A DNA stretch of 64,000 bases. Source: Balanoglossus misakiensis (Eukaryota > Animalia > Hemichordata). Positions 26,786 through 38,316 of this stretch are shown here, one piece after another; positions within the stretch are counted from its first letter, which is position 1; the number at the start of each line of letters is the position of its first letter. The DNA lies in assembly GCA_040954595.2 (NCBI GenBank), contig CM082581.2:11406286-11470285 (forward strand). Reading direction: 5' to 3'. The position numbers were made by a program, and so were the translations under genes. The notes under the pieces were generated by a model. That model was not told the DNA's origin and ran no database searches. It saw only the letters and a list, made by a program, of their open reading frames with translations.

Positions 26786-26951
26786 CCTTGAGGAATACAT
26801 AAACCATGGATTCTGTGTATTGCATGACAACCTGCTTTTTGTTCCCATGGGTAACTGTGTCCTTCATCATCACATTTCCTTCAGGAATATTTGAATTACA
26901 TCAATACTTAAAGTAACCTGATACCATAGTACAGATCTGACCTTGAGGTCA

Positions 26952-26957
26952 AATAAA
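26952..26957 (+). promoter_or_regulatory. Candidate polyadenylation signal for the D1-like gene
   Basis: First AATAAA noticed downstream of the stop (about 170 nt). Confidence 0.35.
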
Positions 26958-27960
26958 CGAAATTTGAAAAAAGTAAGATTATGATGACGTCTGTAGTAGT
27001 TAAAGTGGGAAGCCTCGTCACTAAAATTAGAGTTTACAAATGTTGTGGTGACTGATTTGTCGTTGGGAACCCGGAGAAATGTGTATTTCAATTATCAACA
27101 CATTTTATTATATTTCGTTTGAATTTGTGAAGTAGTTATCGATATGGGTTGGACCTTTAATTGTTGCGTGCGCAAGTAGTGTTTTTTAACATTTCGAGCA
27201 TAAACGATTTCACTTGTCAATGTCCATACTAGACATCAACTACACCATTAAATCGTCCATAAAATTCATTGAATTCTTTTACGAGAACTCCATGGTAACA
27301 TAATTTTTGTGACAGGAATTGAGTGTCAAACTGAAAGCAGCACAGTTACATAGCCACTGAAGAATATAATATTCCACTTAATTCAAGTCTACCATTAATT
27401 TCATATTTGACCCCGTGATTCATAACCAATTTCTTAACTGCGTCATAGCAAGAAATTTCCAAACGTTATATGATATATAATGGGGCCATAATAGCTCAGT
27501 AAATAGAATTCGGTGCGTGAAAGATGAAACGCCGTGTTTTTATGCATATACTCGCGTCTGTTTGCATTTCCTGGTCACATGGAATTCAAGTTGAACCTGA
27601 TAAGTGTTTGAGAATCTTACATCAATACTTGATTATGATTCAGTGTTTGCTGTTTTCGACAAATTTTTGAGGTATTATTTATTTATGTAATTATTTAGTA
27701 GTATTTACCCCAGGTCGAGTTAGTTTAGACCATTCATTTATTGTGTTCCTACATGTTTGTTTATTTATTAATTTATTCATTGACATTCACCCTTTTCGTT
27801 AACATTTCTTCTAACTGTCCGTTTAAAGTCAATGAGACATTACATTAGACTGATATCCAATTTTCATCAGCTTAATAGACGCTGAGCATGATATTCAATC
27901 TACTGAACTGTTCTAAAGTTAATATCAATAATAGCATTTAAACGTCACATTTTCTACTAT

Positions 27961-28020
27961 TGGGTGGGTGAGTGGGCAGGTGGATTGAAGGATGGGTGGA
28001 TGACGGAGGATGGATGGATG
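27961..28020. repeat. Degenerate (GGAT/GGGT)n repeat
   Basis: tgggtgggtgagtgggcaggtggattgaaggatgggtggatgacggaggatggatggatg. Confidence 0.75.
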
Positions 28021-29522
28021 ACAGTGGCTGACTGACTCTTTCTATCAGACACCCACATCCAGACAACATAAACACATCAGCTTAATTACAAGCTTTTTCC
28101 CAGTAGCAAGGTTCAATAATGTCAATTTCCCGTTAAAGTGATACATAACGCCATGATTAGCAGTTCGCTCCTTTCTGTTTAATAATAATTGGCTGACAGT
28201 CCAATTCACCAAACTGAATAGTGTCGGTAATGAATATCTTATTTGTATTTGTGAGAGTTGAGATTATCGGTGACGGCGATTTTATTTGAAAGAGACCGGC
28301 ATTTAAGCAGGCATAGTAAAACTTAAATGCATTAATGTCACTAGAGTCAAGCTGCTTCGTGAATAGCTATATAGCACTTTGAAAGATTACTGTTTTCTTA
28401 GACAACAGGAATGGCCATAAATTGTGATCGTTTATATTTCACAATCAATGAGTTATGTGGATTGTATGGCATTATTACTTGGGTTTACTACTGAGCTCAG
28501 TTATTGGGCAAAGCTTCGGGAGTCATTATGTCCAGATGGTTGTAACCAGTGGCATAAATCTTTCATTTATAGCTATATGACTGGCTGGTTAGTCCAAAAA
28601 TGTCATATTGGCGCTCAAAGCAGAAAGGCAATGGAACACATAATCTTGCGGAAGCGAAATTCCAAGAGTCCACAACTCAAACTTTTGAGACATCCAGACA
28701 AACTTTTCTAATCAGTTTAAAAGCATGTCAACGAGTTCTGCTTATATGAGTAATCGCCTTTCTAATGGGAGACACTTAAAATTTTCTGTTATTGTAACTC
28801 ACTCAGATACAATTGAACTGAATTATTAAGGTCGTCCTGTAACTGGATATGTTTATCAAATTGAGTCACATCTCGTGATTTGTGCATAAAATGTCACAGA
28901 ACCATATGACGTCATGACAATATCATGCCTGATAAATTCTAATTCGAACAGTGAATTATAAGCTTATGATAAAATGTGTTGACGTTAAAGGTACATCATC
29001 CATGGAATTGCAACAGCTAGACAATGGTACAATTTGCTCTACAAAGTGAAAGTTCGTTTAAGTTTAGATGCGTCTAATTATCGACTTATCTTCCTTATTG
29101 AAAGATACTGTACTGTGAAAACATTCAGAACTTATATTACACTAGGATGTTTCTTACTGGAATAAAGCTCTGTGTTTGGAATTCGGAGTTAGCAGAGATT
29201 GTTTACGTTCTTCGCCAGTTTTATTGTTCAATTACAGTTTCTGGCAGGTGAAATTATGAGCGCAGCATATTCAATTTCTCCTTGAGTCAGTAATGGTTGC
29301 CATAGGTAAAGCTATAACCAGATAGTAACGTATTGTTAACGACTTCCTGTAGAGTTTGCAGCAGTGCCATAACCACAGATCATTGAAAAGTCCCGTAACT
29401 TCCTCTGCCAGGGTTCCTGAATCAATCTTACTTTCAGCGGCAATTGTAAAACAACTTGCGAGCAACACTTGCAGCAAGGTTGTCATAGCCACATGAAATG
29501 ACATTCACCAGCAATTCGATAC

Positions 29523-29754
29523 TTAAAGGGAAGCGGTCGTCGCGCCCCGTGGGTGTCCCCCCTGATGAGGATATGTCCTCCCATACCAGCACAAACCCCA
29601 CTGCAGTCGCCACAACCTACTAGGATCTTCAGTTGCTGTCATGCCCTGTCTTTGCTACGCATCGGTTGGCTGCTTCGTTCATTCTAAGGGATTTGTGGAT
29701 GAATTGTAATGTTTGTCAACAAACCAACTCGGCGCGACGGCCCCTTCACTTTAA
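29523..29754. mobile_element. Non-autonomous MITE with TTAA target duplication (Kolobok/T2-like), about 224 bp
   Basis: Left end TTAA|agggaagcggtcgtcgcgcc; reverse complement of right end TTAA|agtgaaggggccgtcgcgcc. TIR 17/20 identical. TTAA at 29523-29526 and 29751-29754. Confidence 0.8.
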
Positions 29755-29885
29755 GCATGGATTTTTAACGTTCATATGAAACCTTTTTGTGACCAATGGA
29801 TGTTTCCCTCCACATTCCCCTTTGCGCTTCGCTGATTGGGCGAGGACCAGTCAGTGTTCAGACAACACATATATGGTCTACTTAC

Positions 29886-29940
29886 CTTGCAAAGTTCTTA
29901 TCGCGTGGCACCGAAAGAATTGTGGGTATGAGGCTACACT
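29886..29940 (-). other. Candidate exon D (55 nt), continues the open frame of exon C
   Basis: ctttcatttcttcccttcAG|agtgta...tgcaAG|GTAAGT (strong acceptor, perfect donor). Confidence 0.6.
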
Positions 29941-30073
29941 CTGAAGGGAAGAAATGAAAGTGCGCCATCTTGTGTAGGAGAGGCTAAACAGTTCAGCACC
30001 TCACACGCACGCACGCAGGCTCGCTTTCGCTGCAGCAACAGAACGCGAACAGAAAGTTTTCTACTTATGGAAG

Positions 30074-30240
30074 CAGTGTTTTTGCTAAGGGTGGGGAACA
30101 TTGGTAACGGATTTGGGAACCCCGGTAACATTTCTACAACCCCCTAATATAACTACATTGATACACCCAGGGGATCCCGATAAAATGACTGGGGAACTCC
30201 GGTAGATTTTACCTAGGTACCGCCCTTAACAAAAACACTG
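30074..30240. mobile_element. Non-autonomous MITE, 167 bp, CAG..CTG ends with 5-bp TSD (hAT5-like)
   Basis: TIR cagtgtttttgctaagggtgg vs reverse complement of right end cagtgtttttgttaagggcgg (19/21). Flanked by GGAAG on both sides. Internal gggaac/ccggta subterminal repeats. Confidence 0.8.
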
Positions 30241-30260
30241 GGAAGGCACAGAAAATGTTG

Positions 30261-30292
30261 TAGTCTTACCTGGGTTTAGTCTTACCTGGGTT
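30261..30292. repeat. Perfect 16-bp tandem duplication (tagtcttacctgggtt x2)
   Basis: Directly visible in the sequence. Confidence 0.9.
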
Positions 30293-30433
30293 TCTACAAT
30301 CTGCCGTTGCTTGAGCCCCCGACCGACCATTTTCCACAAAAGTAGATTTCCTCCCTGATTTGGGTGACTTTATTGTCTGGTCTCTATGTCTACGCATTTC
30401 TACAGCGTCATACAGTCCTCCACTGAAACTCCC
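30286..30433 (-). other. Candidate exon C (148 nt), open in frame 0, with duplicated donor
   Basis: ttcgttcatcttgttgcgtAG|gggagt...aacccAG|GTAAGA. A second identical donor lies 16 nt further on (exon end 30270). Confidence 0.55.
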
Positions 30434-32156
30434 CTACGCAACAAGATGAACGAATATATAATATCGAATAAGACATATGTGCGTTTTGACTATTAGTGAC
30501 TTAAGCAGATTTACCAAAACTTACCAAGAATTACTCAATATCGATAAAGAAGTAACTTCAAACTAACAAGTCACTGATTCCTGCTCGATCAACATATTCA
30601 AATCAACGTCTCACAGATGAGCACCGTCACTGATAAACTGAATAATGTGGATCACTCGTGTATAAACAGCAAGGCTGGAATACATTGATCAAATCTGGAC
30701 AAAATCACGTTCTAAAGAAAGCGCATGGTGATTATATTGGATCACATATACATAATTGGGATAATTTTGATAAAAACACTTCTAATTTAATTAACCTAAT
30801 TAGAAATGATTACTCCTACCGAAAACAATAGTATAACCCTTGTTTGATAACGTTAAATTACACGTCATAACGTTATGATTATCAGCTGAGAAAATAAATA
30901 CATTTGTAGTTATTGTCATTGTGCTTAACTAAACTTAGAACTAATTAAGGTTTACGCTTTTTAGCGCATGTCACGTTTAAACCCTGCATCAAAAATTGGA
31001 AGTAACATAGGACATTCTCCCCTCGGCTAATGATTTTAACCTCGGCATACAAGCTGAAATAGGCTTACTCTATTATGATCAGTTGCCATGGATACTGGTG
31101 GTTTCACATAGAAAGGGTTTTCCGTATATTTCTGTTGCAGCTTTTACGTCACTGCTTGCAGCCAGTATCAATCAAATTGCTTCCCTGGGGTTGTCCACAG
31201 AAGAAGCTCTTATGTTCCAGCTTTCTTGTCATTGCCATTATTACTACCTGCATTTTCCATGTTCGTAATACATATATGTTTGATGTTGATGATATTGAGG
31301 TATGAAACACGAAATGACCTCGTTTGTTTGATGACGTGTGAGCACGTCATGACTACAGCTAATACATATCACTGACAAGATTTTACAGCGACTTGAACGA
31401 TTATAGAGAAGCAATACAACTAAGTGTGTACTAGAGAATTTGTGTACGCGCATAAATTAAAACCAGCTGGAAATACTTCTCTGAAAGTAAGCCACAATAA
31501 GTTGCATCCGTGATAAATTCATCGAACGACTGCAACGACAATTCTGCATTCTGCTCAGAACAAAGAATTCTCCGCAGTGATGAAAGGCAACTAGCGACGA
31601 GTTGTAGAGGGCGTCCTAACTCAGTCTGCCAGCAGACGTTAGTCTAGACACGGTATGTTCTTTTGTCATACTACTGCATTATGTCCAGGTGTATCTACAC
31701 AAGCAGGTGGGATGATATTGATAATAAATAAAACGTGCATGACAAACGGAAATACATTGTACTACAACAAGACATTTAATTACCGTAACACTGTTGTCCT
31801 GGTAGGCTCGTGGCATGCTCGGACAAAATGGTCTGTGGCTGTCTGAACTTTGTTGGTAACAGTATGGGTCCCCTGGATGGGTTCACAGTGTCAACTGACC
31901 AGTCATACAAAATTCAACTGCCATGCGTTGGTTTTGTTATCAGTTGTCGAAATGACCTGAATAAAAAAGTAAAACACTGCAAAGTCTATTTCCTCTAAAA
32001 TAACCACCAAAGTTTGTGCTAGCCTACAGCTAGTGCATTTGATTGTGAATATCTGTTACTGTGGTCCGTTCCCTGTTCGTGTGCCTGGGGCTACTTTTCC
32101 CACAGTATAGGTACATTCTATTATAATCAACATGGTTTCTCACACAAGTGACTTAC

Positions 32157-32240
32157 CTGGGGTATATATTCCTCCCTTTGTGGTCTCTCTCTGTACTGCT
32201 TACTTATTTACAAGCAGTACCTGGGGATTCTGAAGACATT
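32157..32240 (-). other. Candidate exon B (84 nt), stops in all three frames
   Basis: cactgaacattactttgtttttttttctgatcAG|aatgtc...ccccAG|GTAAGT (perfect donor). Confidence 0.6.
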
Positions 32241-32850
32241 CTGATCAGAAAAAAAAACAAAGTAATGTTCAGTGACCGTGAAACCTCCACCGTCACAGAA
32301 AACAACTGCATTCGCATCTCAACACCGAAAATATTGCGGTCAATTAATGTTTTCCATGTTCTTTTTAGACAACTGATTATTTAAAAAGTAGATGTCCAGC
32401 AGATGTCTGCGAAACCTATCCTTAAGGCAACCTATCTTCATATATATGAATAAAATATGACAAACATGAGAAAGTTCATGTGAAGAAAATACAATATATC
32501 GATGTGATTTCACTATAAATGGAGAAAAATGATAAGCAAACAACGGATTAAACTGTTAAAGAAAGATGAAAACCGACTGCTTCCGACATTATGTAAGGTC
32601 GATATTGAAATGTACTGAGTAACGGCTGAAGTGAAATTGGCGTTAAAATATTTAAACCGAAATGAACGATGGAACACTCGCCTGAGAAAATTCAATTACC
32701 TGCGGACAAATTTTGTCAGTTTCAATCACGTCACCTTTACAACTCTGCTCAGTTGGCACGTTTTGATCTCTGGCAGCTATCATAGGGAATATTTACAGCG
32801 CTGCTTTGTGGTAGACCAATGCCCTCAGCTGGAAAACAGCCGTCACTTAC

Positions 32851-32909
32851 GCACTCTTAGCGGGAGACTCTGGAATGTTTGTTCTGGTGTGGCGCACAAC
32901 GTAATTCGT
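32851..32909 (-). other. Candidate exon A (59 nt) of an unannotated minus-strand spliced transcript
   Basis: tgacttctattttaacAG|acgaat...gagtgc|GTAAGT. Confidence 0.45.
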
Positions 32910-33861
32910 CTGTTAAAATAGAAGTCACGTTTCATTTGTTATTCATGAAACTATAATGCAAAAACACTTGTGTCATCCATGGCCACACTTGTACAGTGTA
33001 TAGATAAGTGGTAATTGTTTTGAGGTCTTCAGAGGCGATAAACATTTCAAATGTAAAGAAGTTATGCAACTCTACCGTTCTTGGCTAAATTCAGGCATAT
33101 GGTAAATATGATGGGAACTTAATTATTATGTAGTGGTGGGGAACTTTCAATGAATAGGGAGGGTTATGCGGAGAAAATGACTGGACGTCAGCATTAAAAT
33201 GCTTAAAAGGCTTTTTATTCATTTTTTCTTGAATCCGTCTAAAAGCGCACTCTTCTGGAAGTGTGTTCACTCTATCGGAAGTTTAGTCGATAAAGTTTTC
33301 AGTGTCTGTCTTCTAATCATTCAGAGCAAACTCAGTAATAAAAAGTTATGTTCACCCGGGGATGGAAAAAGGCACTTTGGAACTACTTCAGAAATTATGC
33401 AGTGGGTGACTTTTGACTTTGCCTTTGGCCATCAATGTCATTTCAATGAATTGTGTTCCTAGGTCGAAATATCATTGAAGCGTTAAGTTTGATGGGTCAA
33501 CCTTCGTCTCCTATGTATTGCGTAGGCAATTTGTGGTGAGATTACTGTTGGCTTTTTGAAGGACTTCGGGATATTCTGTCATTGTTTGATTCGGAATAGA
33601 ATCCAAATAAATCCAACAGCATTGGCGCCTTCTTGTCTTTAACGTAGTTCGCACCTCGGGACAGATTATCAGAAAATGGCAGGCCGCAAAACCTTTCAAT
33701 TCATTGCCATATTAAATTGTATGAGGAGTCTTGTTTACAAATTACACTATTTCAAGCAAACTTTCCTAATTAACAGATCCAAAGTAAACAGATATAAAAT
33801 AAACAGACATAAAATTCATATAGATTGATTTACCCAGGAAACGTGCACTTAAAATATGTTG

Positions 33862-34161
33862 TCAGGACACCACACACTTTACATTTGCTTTCGATTCTCT
33901 GTGTCCACACAGTATCTGGAACTGTTCAGACAAATTCAACAGTATAGACATATCGCTGTCTTCTACTGGGTTAATTGCCGTGACCCGCAATTCCAGTGGC
34001 GACCCTTCCATGTGCATGGCTGCTTGCACATGCGATAATTGTAATGAGGCGTTTTGACTGGGAGGGTCAGGGAAATAGTTGTAACTTGGGACAGCGTTAT
34101 CGACTGTCTCAGAGGGAGCTTCGTGTAATTCTCCAGGTTTGCGGCGAACAGTTTCGATCAT
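33862..34161 (-). CDS. Hypothetical 99-aa ORF ending in a CaaX box (KCVVS*)
   Basis: Protein-like composition, terminal CVVS, and the same frame as the NPFIY ORF upstream. No family recognised. Confidence 0.25.
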   Translation of the reverse strand: MIETVRRKPGELHEAPSETVDNAVPSYNYFPDPPSQNASLQLSHVQAAMHMEGSPLELRVTAINPVEDSDMSILLNLSEQFQILCGHRESKANVKCVVS

Positions 34162-34266
34162 TCAAGCTAAGTGCTGATGCTGGATGGGGTTTTAGATTTG
34201 ATGGCAGAGGAGAAAATTACCTGTAAGGGTGACTTCAAATGTCAAAAGTTTAGTCTGTTTCTTATC

Positions 34267-34620
34267 TTACTTGCTCTTTTGGTTTAAATAACACTGTGTT
34301 AATCTTGCAGACCCCTGCTCTCTTATTATTGATAGAGATAGCATTCGAACAATTTTAATACCATTACGTGAACTGCATGTTCCTGATAAGCATCCACAAT
34401 TACTTTGCTGTTGAATGTAAATGGTATAAATAAATGGATTCACTCCAGATGCCATAAGCATGTAAATGGTTAGATAAGTGACGCTAGGTAAATCGGTCAA
34501 TGTAGAGTATGTTTAATATTAATTGCCATCATTAAAAAGGAATCAGCACAACGCTTGAAAATCCATAATTGTCAATATTTTAATGCCGCGCTCCAAATGA
34601 GAACCAAAATGTCGACTGTA
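34267..34620 (-). pseudogene. Possible decayed class A GPCR remnant (TM6-TM7)
   Basis: One frame reads ..LERGIKILTIMDFQALC*.. and, 36 codons after the Cys, ..TIYMLMASGVNPFIYTIY. The sequence tgctgattcctttt resolves to C-W-I-P-F if one base is restored. Several stops and frameshifts. Confidence 0.35.
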
Positions 34621-35221
34621 TTTGTAAATCCAAGCTTAATTCGCCTGACACAGTTTATATAATGTTATTGTTACCTTAAATTAGAACATTAAAAGATTTC
34701 CCCCAATCACTCATCTGTGGACAATGATATAGATCCTCAATACCATTTAATATTATGGCAACATCCGCCCTCAACATATTTCATAATAGAAGCTAACGTG
34801 GCCCTAATATACCTTATAAATATTACATCGAATACGGGTATAGTAAATAACCCATGATGTTTACTGACTATCAGGTTGCTGTACCAACATTATTTTCACA
34901 TTTGAACACCAGTATCATATGATCAGAACTATAATGTTACACTTACAGGCGACATCCCGTCGGCTGTCACATCGTAATGTTTTGATATCTTTCTGATATC
35001 ATTTTGATTCTCTTCTGTCTTTGATTTCAATAACTGAGGTATCTTTTTATGTTTTCTGCGATGACATCCTCGTTAGCGTGGCGTGATGGATATTCTATGG
35101 CATACTAGTGTATCTAACACGCTTCTGTGTGTTCTGAAGATTCAATTTGTTATGCACGCGAACGGATATAAAAACGTGGATTAATCTCACATGGATATGT
35201 ATAAAATGAGCCCTAATTCTC

Positions 35222-35269
35222 TTACATACATACATACATACACACATACATACATACATACATACATAC
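35222..35269. repeat. (TACA)n microsatellite
   Basis: Directly visible, one interruption. Confidence 0.95.
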
Positions 35270-38159
35270 AAGGCAGTCGTAAATTGAGAACGTCGGCTTT
35301 CCTTTTCAACAAGCAGACTGCCAGAAAAAAACCTCATTTCTGTCAGAGTGACTGCGTCCTAGTTGTTATTGTTCACTCGGTACTTAAACCATAAAACGCC
35401 TGACTGTACCAAAGATGTTACATCGTGCAAGTCGACTCTCTTAACGTACAGATCGGTACTTGAGACAGTCATTTGAGTGATACTCCCATTTCAATACCTT
35501 CACCTTTCTGAATTTTGTTGTTCACCTTTTTAAGATTTCTGAGTACCAGCCAGCTACAACCGACCAATAATTACAGCAAAAACACCATGCTAAATAATAA
35601 ATCACATGGAATAGCAATTCTGAAACAATATTCCATCTTTAAGCGATTATAAAGGGATTTTTACTCGCTATCACGGGTCCGTGAAATTAAGAAAAATGGC
35701 CGGGTACTTTTAAAAGAAATGGCTAAGGAACGGTTTGAAAATCCCGAGAAATATCTATCAGACACTCAAACTTCACCCCGGACTTCACCAAAGTTTCATT
35801 GTGCGTTGCTCTCACAGTCGGGTGAGGGTTGTTTGTTTGCAGTACACGGGAAGATATATATACAAGTATATACAAGCGACTGTGGTTTCTCTCGTAAAAC
35901 TGGTACAAAATCCTGCTCGGCAATCATCCTCCTGTATACGCTTATAGAAATATTACGTCTCTCTGCCTCTCCTGGATTTGGTAATAAAGGGGCTGTTTTT
36001 TGGTCTTATTTTCTCCCATATTTCTCAAATTAAGGGGGTGTTTTTGATGAAAAATCCCAGATTAGGGGTATCTTGAAATTTTGTGAAACGAGCATGGATG
36101 CCCAAGCTCTGTTTGAGTGTGACCACAGGGAATATCTACACACCTGATCAAGACTTCTCTTTCCTCACTAGGATAGAACGCGTGGGTCTCTCTCGAGCGC
36201 TGTCTCCCTCGTGGTATTTAGGCCCAGATGAAACACGTTGCTAACAGTCTGGCTCCGACAGGATAAATGATCGTATAAGGCAACGAGCACGCGTTACAGA
36301 GCGGAAAAATTCCAAAAAGTAGCAATTCGACACCAAGCGAACGTAATAGTAAATACTAATTGCTACATTTCAGCGGGAGATTTCATCATCTTTGGGCAAA
36401 GGGAAAGGAAGCGCCTGATTGGCTGAAATGGATCTCCATCAGGATCCGCGTGGAGATGCAAAAGTGTGTACCAATTATTTGTTCTCCAACACTTTCTCTG
36501 AGAACATATTTGAAATGTATGGTCCTAAAAGACACGAATTTTGGCGCCCGTGAAGCACTGTGCATTTTTCTCTCGTTTCCCTTTGCTCTGAGGGTTGAAG
36601 CAGACGGATCAACTGTCCCCAAACACACGCATCTTCAGCCTAATAATATGTCTTAGTATGTCTCAATTAACGCTGTATGCGTTGGAAGATGAGAGAAATC
36701 CAATATAGTGGTCGGGACAGAGTCAGACCCCTGCATACGTCTTCACGAATTATATTTGACTTGCCTAAAGCTCGCGCAATTATTTGTACACAGAAACTCC
36801 GTCCATACGTGACCGAATTTCGTGAGTTACACTATAAATACATAATACACTAACTGGTTTAAATCTAGGTTGGCTTGTTAGTAACATGTCTTGACTCACA
36901 AAGACTAATTACTTTTTTCATTCTGGAAAAAGGAACAATATTGTACATGCACGTGTATTAGAGCTAAGTTTAAGTTCCTGTGTTGAGTTCGTGCATGTTC
37001 AATTAAAATTGAGCTGAGATGAAAGCGCATTTTCTGTTTAGGAGCAACGTGAGCTACACGAGCCAAGCAAAGATTGATTCTCCCCCGGAAACGACCTTAT
37101 TAATTTACTTTACTTGGGACACGATAGCAAGGTTTGAATTCACAATTGGACAACTTGAAACTGTGTAAACATTGCGCGTATGTGACCTAATTGTAAAAGA
37201 ATGTTAAATATGGGAATGGACAATATTTCGCTTACCATGCTCGCAGCCACTCTAATGATCCCACCTCTGGCAATCGGACAATTCCATATTCTGTGTCTCA
37301 GACACACTGGGGCCAACACGGAATTGTTAATTGACAGCAATCATACCCATTCATATTCCAGGGTTCAGAAGTCAAATCACATTTACATTGCCAGTTGCAG
37401 AGACAAACACAAAACAATATAAGTTTCAATTGGAAATACCCAGTGGGTACAAAAATGTATGCTAAGATAATCTTGTTTGAGCAGAATGTGCGCGACCAAC
37501 CACGTATAGGCCTACAGTATACAAGACTAAGCGAGTACGGCACACATCAGAGGAAATTCGGTGATCTGGCGAGCTGCATCCTTTGACTTGTTCCGCTTTT
37601 CACGCCAGAAACTATTTATGTTGTTCGTGTGATCTCAATCCCTATTTTCAGCGGTAGATTGAACTTGGTTGTGTGTCACTTCTATCCCCTAATGCGATTT
37701 CACCAAAATCACACGCTGCAAAGAATTCCTAATGTCCCAGTTAACCATCATCCACACCGCCTGAAAACCTCACGACTAACTCCAATTTATACGATTGTCA
37801 CAATATCACGACAACATTACTGCTCCCTGTGGTTTGGATCAAAGAGCGCATGTATCATAATTTGCCACGACTGCCAAAGTGGGATCTGCGCCGACGTGAC
37901 CTTCTTAAAATAAGAAAATGAACGACATAATTAATTTCAGACATCAGTGTTGAAACTCTGAGATGCTTCATTGTCTTGTCCGATACTCATATGCACTTGC
38001 GTCAAAGCTGTCGTTTTATCTGACCTCACGTACGGCGACGGTATATTTCACTGCATGCTTCACATTTGCAATTTTCAGAGGGCGATGATTCTCCCTGTCG
38101 TACTTTGATCTGCCCGCTTGCTCAAAGGATGTGTTACTTCATGTGCTCTGAAATCTCAG

Positions 38160-38316
<157 letters not shown>

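Noticed and set aside
27482-27540. tRNA-like start ggggccataatagctcagt
   Set aside because: No B-box, T-arm or cloverleaf.
29562-29580. CTGATGA plus a hairpin inside the TTAA MITE (similar CTGAAGA at about 53052)
   Set aside because: No GAAA or stem III, so not a hammerhead.
30229-30240. RSS-nonamer-like ACAAAAAC in the MITE TIR with a 5-bp TSD (Transib/RAG idea)
   Set aside because: Termini are CAG rather than CAC, and the nonamer has the wrong orientation and spacing.
35095-35394. ORFs with YIHT/CMYV repeats
   Set aside because: Translation of the (TACA)n microsatellite.
35980-36130. aggggt-rich segment resembling a DNA-transposon subterminal region
   Set aside because: No matching TIR or TSD could be found.
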